Of a stretch of DNA of 64,000 nucleotides, positions 14,901-64,000 are shown in pieces. Each line of letters starts with the position of its first letter. Positions within the stretch are counted from its first letter, which is position 1. This DNA comes from Callorhinchus milii. Lineage: Eukaryota. The notes under the pieces were generated by a model that was not told the origin of the DNA, made no database searches, and saw nothing but the letters and a program-made list of their open reading frames with translations. Position numbers and translations under genes: made by a program. Where the stretch lies: assembly GCF_018977255.1 (NCBI RefSeq), contig NW_024704742.1, forward strand, positions 136,402,001 through 136,466,000, written 5' to 3'.

Positions 14901-17747
14901 GGCTGGATGCACAATGGCGTGGTTTGGCTGTGGGTTGCTGTGACGACGGGAGGTGTGGCTGGAAGCGTTGGATGGCTGGACTAATTGAGCGGGTTTGTGT
15001 AGCCTCATTGTGTCAGAGCAAATTAGGCAAATGGGCAGCGATGGGTGGAAGCTTGTTTCCCCGGGGGAGAGGAGGTATCTCACTGAGACCTTCAGTGACC
15101 AGGATCTCACTCCATAACGTGCCTGGAGCGCTCTTCCCTCGCCTCCCTCCCCCCCCCCCACCCCAGCAGTAAGAGGGGATGAATGACAGAAATTGTTGGT
15201 CGCCTCCTATGCCCACCCTCCCTGCCCTCCACCCCTCCTGATCCCAACCCTCAGCTCGGGTCCAAATCCCTGACTGTCCTCTTGACGTGAAAGGCATTGT
15301 GTGTAAATGTCATTTGGTGGTGTTTGGTTCAAGTCTCCACATCAGGGACGTTGGGTTCAGGAGTCGTGTGTGGAGTCCCGTAGGATAGTGGTTAGAGCAC
15401 TCGCCTCACAAGAGAGAGGACCTGGGTTTGATTCCCGACAGTGAGAAACGTTGGGCAGGTTTCATTACCCCCACGTGGGTCTGTTGACCCAGCAGCAAGT
15501 AGGAACAGTAACTTGGTCAATTAGCTGATCGCTTTCTGTGGGTAATAATCCCTCAAAAGAAAACTGATTCCTCAATCCACGACTGTTTGTGGGACACTGC
15601 TGTGCGTAATTGACTGCCACATTTCTCCGACAAAACATAATCAATTCACTTTACAGTATAGACTGTGAAGCGCTGTGAGACGTCTGAGGCGCTCTATCAA
15701 ATACAAGGATTATTATGATTATCAGGTGTTTGCTGACATTCCTGCTCAGTGATGGGGGGGAACACTGTATTATCTGAGGTGACATGTTTTAGGTTTGACG
15801 ATAATTATTCCGATTTTCTCCCTTGGTGTCCTGGCTGACAATTCCTCCCCCACTCCACCCCCCTCGATAAAATTAGTCGTTCACTTCATGGCTGTTTGTG
15901 CCAAGTTCTATATTGGCTGCTACATTTGCCTACAAATGCACGGTAACTACATTTTGCAGTAAAGTCCTGTTTGCTTTGAGGCATCTTCCCGACGTGAGAG
16001 GCGTTGTATCAATTGACTATATTATTATTACTATCCAAGTCTATTTTTCTGCTAAACGGATCTCTCCAGCTTTCTGGGAAAGAGGGTTCCACCTCTTCAC
16101 AACCTTCTGTGTGAGGAAATGCTTCCTGATCTCAGTTCTGATGTGTCTTGGTTCTGATTTTGAGGTGCTGCCTCCTTGTAAGCTCTCTGAGATGCCGCAT
16201 CTCATATAAATGTAAATTGTTGTTGTGGTTTGAGCACTCGCCTTGCAAGCGAGAGGACCTGGGTTCGATTCCCGGGCAGAGCAAAACCTTAGGCAGGATT
16301 CCTTACTCCGCACGCCTCTGTTTACCTAGAAGTAGGAACCCTTCTTATTGTTAGTTGATTCACTTTTCCGGAAGTAATAATCCTGTAAAAAAAAAAGAAA
16401 TAATAATAATAATTTGGTCACTCAATCCACGACACTGTTGGTGGGACACTGCTGTTGTGTAATTGACTGCCTCGTTTCGCGCACAAAATATACAGTCAAT
16501 TCACTTTATGATATATTCTGTGAAGCGCTTTGAGACGTCTAGAAGATGTAATAAGGCACTGTATCAAGTAAAAGGATTATTATTGCTATCCCTGTCCAAG
16601 AGGGAAGAATCATCTATTATCTCACCTTTGAATTCCTTTCATTATTTTTATTTTATTTTTATTTTAAATCAGGTCACCCCTTTAATCTGATTTAAGGAAT
16701 ATAATCTCAGTTTTTCTTCACAGCTCAGATCATTCCTTTGTTTCTCATCTGTTCCGGTTTACGTTAAAAAAAATCACGTGTCAGATTCTGTTCAAAAAGC
16801 GAAGGGATTTTTTTCTCTCCTGACCAAAAATCCCCACTCACTTCATGGCTGTTTGCGGGACAATGCTGTGTACAAATTAGCTGCCTGGTTCGCCTACAAA
16901 ATACATAGTCGCTACACTTCAATTTGAGACATCAAGAGGAACCTTGAGCTATCATCTATACATTTGATTAAAAAAANCAGGAGGACATCTCAAAGCACTT
17001 CACAGGTTTCTTTGCTCTGCTGCATTGTCAGAGGTGTCATCATTCAGATGAGACGTTAAACCAATCTGCCTTTCAGGTGGATGTTAAAATCCCATGGTGC
17101 TATTTGAAAAAGAAAAGGGAGTTTCTCTCTCTCTCTCCAAGGGTCCTGGCCAACAATCCCCCCAAATAAAATTGGTCACTCACTCCACGGTTGAGTTTGT
17201 GGGACATTGCTATGTACAAATTGGTTGTCCCGTTTCACCCACAATCACTGCACTTCACAGTATAATCTGTGAGACGTCTCAACGACATGATAGGGCCCTT
17301 TGTCAAATGCAAGAATTAGTATTATAACAATCCCTCTCCCACCTCTGCCCGCTCATGGCGTGACTCAAAGAGAAGGGAATTTCTCTCTCCCGGTGCCCTG
17401 GCCGATAATCCCCAGATCAAAATTGGCCATCCACTTCATGGCTGTTTGTGGGGCATTACTGTGCAGAGTTTACTGAATCTTTAGTACAGTTTCCAGCAGT
17501 TTATTAGACTTTGTGTCTTTGTACTTTGGTCTATAGGGCCCTATAAACTTGGAACGTGATAATAATAATGATAAAAATCCTTGCTTTTTTTTGCATTTGT
17601 ACTTTCACCTTGCAGGATTGACTAAAGTGTAGTGACCTGTACCTCAACTTTTAAAGCTGATCCACGGATAATTGCTGTCAAGTGTAGTGACTGTGTATTG
17701 ACTGCAAAGTCCCACAAACAGTTACAAGGCAAACCCATAATAATACC

Positions 17748-17970
17748 CAGAGAGTTGTTACGGTCTGGAAAGCACTGCCTGAAAGGTTAGTGGAAGCGAA
17801 TTGGATAATAGCTTTCAAAAGGGAATTGAATAGGCACTTGAAAAGGAAAAATTTGCAGGGTTGTAAGATAGAGCGAGGGAGTGGGAAGCTGGTGGCTCTT
17901 TCAAAGATCCGGCACAGGCACGATTGGCCGAATGGCCTCCTTTGTGCTATAAAATTCCATGTTTCTATAA
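17748..17970 (+). mobile_element. CR1 LINE 3' end fragment
   Basis: VWKALPERLVEA...AFKRELNRHLK; ggccgaatggcctcc tail. Confidence 0.8.
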
Positions 17971-18149
17971 CATTCCTTGCATTTGATATAGCTCCTTATC
18001 ATGTCTCAAAGCACTTCACAGAATATAATGCAAAGTGAATTGACTGCGTATTTTGTGGGTGAAACGCGGCAGCCGATTGCGCACAGTATCTCTGTTTACA
18101 ATAGTGTCTCAGCTTCTTGATGGACCTTGATTTTGAGGAAAGGCGAGAG

Positions 18150-18562
18150 AGGCCGGGATTATTCTCATTGGAGCAGAGAAGGTTACGAGGACCTAATAGA
18201 GGTCTTCAAAATCATGAGGGGATTTGATAGGTTAGAAAGGGAAAAGCTGTTCCCACTGGTGGGTGTATCGGTGACTCGAGGTCACAGATTCAAAATAGTC
18301 TCCAAAAGAAGCCGAGGGGCGGGGAGAAGAAATTTTTCACGCAGCGAGTTGTTCGAATCTGGAACCCATTGCCTGAAAGGGCGGTCGAGGCCGATTCGAT
18401 AACTACTTTTAAAAACACGGTGGACGGGTATTTGAGGAGGACGGGTTTGCAGGGTTATGGGGAGAGGACTGGGGAGTGGGATTGACATTGCATTGCTCTA
18501 TTCAAAGACTTGATGGGCCAAATGGCCTCTTTTTGTGCTGTACGATTCTACGGTTCTATGAT
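18150..18562 (+). mobile_element. CR1 LINE 3' fragment
   Basis: DLIEVFKIMRGFDRLEREKLFPLV...TRGHRFKI; 3' end gggccaaatggcct...ttctacggttctatg. Confidence 0.88.
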
Positions 18563-19223
18563 CTTTGACATCCATCTGATCGGGACCTCGGGAGTGGTGT
18601 GGGGGGCGAGGGTGGAGAGTAGAGAGAACAAACATGCTGTCGGTCGTTGTTCGACCCTGGTTCATTACTCCAATTTACTCTCATTTTCTCCTTCTTTCCT
18701 TCCTTCCTTCCTTCCTTCCTGGCCGGACCTGAGGCCTAGAGGGTTGCTAGGCAACTAGGCCTGAGGCCTTCACCAAAACCCACTCTGTTGACCCTCCAGG
18801 ACGTTTGAGATAGTGACTTGGGCATATCTTGTCAGATTTATTTTCTCTCCTCCCCCCCCCCCCCCCCCCCACTTCCCCCCCATACTCTCTCCCCCTATTC
18901 TCCACTGTGGTATAGCTTTGATAACCAACAAAAATTAGTTCAGTTCAGGCCTCAAACTCTACTTTGCTCTTGTCAGGCCACATCTGGGGTAGTGAGTAGG
19001 GCGTCCTGCTCCGCCACTGTCAAGCGCGCTGGGACCCTCCCTACCCTGCGTGGGGGACGCTATATGCGTTGTTGTTGATATTGTTTTTGTTGTTGAGTCC
19101 AGCTCTGGTCAGGCCACACCTGGAGCAATGCATCAGGCAGTAGAGTGACCCTATGTGAGAGTAAACGAACGCAAGATCATTAATTTTTTTCTTTCTGCCT
19201 TTTTTATCCTTCATTCTTATTCA

Positions 19224-19262
<39 letters not shown>

Positions 19263-20300
19263 CTCATTCTTTTTCTTTCCTCCCTCTCTCTCTCTTTCTC
19301 CTCACTGTTTTTCTTTTCACTTGTAATTTTCTCATTCTCTTTTTCTTTCTTTCTCTCTCTCTCTCTCTCTCTCCTTTTGCTCTCTCTCTCTTTTTCCGCT
19401 CTTGTCTGGATGGTTCGGGTGGAAGGGCAGATCAGCCACTGAGGGCTGGGAGTAATCCCACTCTTCTCCTGCTAACACTGCAAACCAATTCCTGTGAATA
19501 GGAGGCAACGTGTTTCAATTAGTTCACTCATCTTAAGGCTCAGTTTCATTCATGAAGTTCCTCGTTCTTTCTTTCAAATGTCTCACCCAACCTCTCAGGT
19601 CTCATTCGGTGCAATCCCCTCATTCCCCATTATCTCATGATCTTCAGCAGGCTGTGGCCTGCTCCATGTCCCCCCCGAACCCTTCCTGCTCCACCATCAG
19701 CGGTCAGACCTTCAGCCTTTCTGCCCCACCCTCTGGAACTCCCATCGAACAATCCCTTCGCTTCTCCCCCTCCCTTGCCTGCTTCAAGCCATGTCTCAAG
19801 ACCCTCCTCTTCGACCGTGCCTTTGGCCACTCTCCCCCCTTTTAGTTGGTTAGCCTCCAGCAGTTACCCACAACGCACACTCCGCCAACCTGCGCCTAAC
19901 ACTTTCCGGAATTAGGTAAGCAGGATGCGTCCCTCCAGGGAGAGAGAGAGAGAGAGAAGAGAGCGCGTTCCATTCCAACAATCTATCTCTGGGATTTCCA
20001 CGTGTAAGTGGGATGCAGGGAATTCTTAGCTTGGTTTGGAGGCTCTTAAATATGGTGATGGGTTTCCGCGTGTGTCAGATACTCGGCTGAGAAAAAAACA
20101 AACCAGGTAGTCTGGTATTACCAGTGAGCACCTCTATATAATCTGATAAGCAGGTGCACACCACAAATAATAATCCTTATTAATTATCCTTTTGATACAG
20201 TGCCTTTCATGTTGCGGTCGACCTGAAGCCTTTGGGATGTGATGCTCTGTTGAGAAGTTGAGAATTTCGGAATAACAGATGTTGGGAACTTTCTTTGCAG

Positions 20301-63331
<43,031 letters not shown>

Positions 63332-63735
63332 AATGAACATGATCGGCTGGGAACGAGAGACAGAGGAGATGGTGGTGGGTGGGTGGGTTGGGGGATTGGG
63401 TTGAAGAGGGAGGATTGGAGACAAAATCCGAATCCTCACTGCCTTCTGATGAAGATGGGCCCTTAAAGCCTTCCCAACACTGAATGAGAAGACTGCACTA
63501 CCTCTCTTCCCAAACGCACCACCATTTCAAACCTAACGCTGAGAAGATTTCCCACCTGGGCAATAGATCTTGATTTCTTTTGATTGGTATCTTGTGAAAC
63601 TGGATCAGGGTTGAGGGCGGTGGGGGGAATGCAGAAGGGAAAGGGCCAATCTTCTTTTTGGGATCAAGAGCAAACACAACTCAACAGGCATCATCTGGTC
63701 TCACGGGTTTGAAGAGGAGAAAAGGTAGAGCGGTG

Positions 63736-63741
63736 AATAAA
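63736..63741 (+). promoter_or_regulatory. Candidate polyadenylation signal AATAAA
   Basis: The only AATAAA I noticed in the 3' UTR, about 405 nt after the stop; the UTR may extend beyond the window. Confidence 0.4.
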
Positions 63742-64000
63742 GTGGGAATTCTGTCGGGTACTGTGCATGCTCTCACAGCTCGCTCAAAGCCACACTCACT
63801 CCCTGTCCCCAATGCTTCCCAGGAATTCTCAAACTCCCGGATCGGAGTTTCCACACTCTCTCCTTTTCAGATTCGGTCATGGGCTTGTATGCGTAGACAC
63901 ACCAGCTTCGAATCAAACTTATACATCCAGTTAGGAGGCGATCACACTTTCCTGTTAGACTTTCCAGCACCTCCTCACCCCATTCACAGGGGCCTTTGCT

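Overview
Eukaryotic (vertebrate) genomic DNA. The repeat content (Deu-domain SINEs, a tRNA-headed SINE with an L2-type tail, L2 and CR1 LINEs) and the compact introns suggest a cartilaginous fish such as a chimaera; this is inference. The window holds one + strand gene, unconventional myosin Vb (myo5b). I traced 39 coding exons (human-numbered exons 2-40, 20301-63331, all GT-AG introns, about 5.51 kb of CDS) encoding the motor domain, six IQ motifs, the coiled-coil stalk including cassette exon D, and the globular DIL tail. Exon 1 was not found and probably lies upstream, so 1-20300 is most likely intron 1. Introns are packed with SINE, L2, CR1 and MITE remnants and microsatellites; TE coordinates are approximate. 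The most notable observations are: a 1-nt deficit (frameshift) at the start of exon 5; an array of pyrimidine-tract/CAG|GTAA splice-site copies in intron 17; a candidate 9-nt microexon at the position of MYO5A exon B; a closely similar inverted L2 pair bracketing the in-frame block of exons 15-24; and several splice acceptors built on retroposon tails. There is no CRISPR array or prokaryote-type system; any novelty here lies in splicing and TE architecture.
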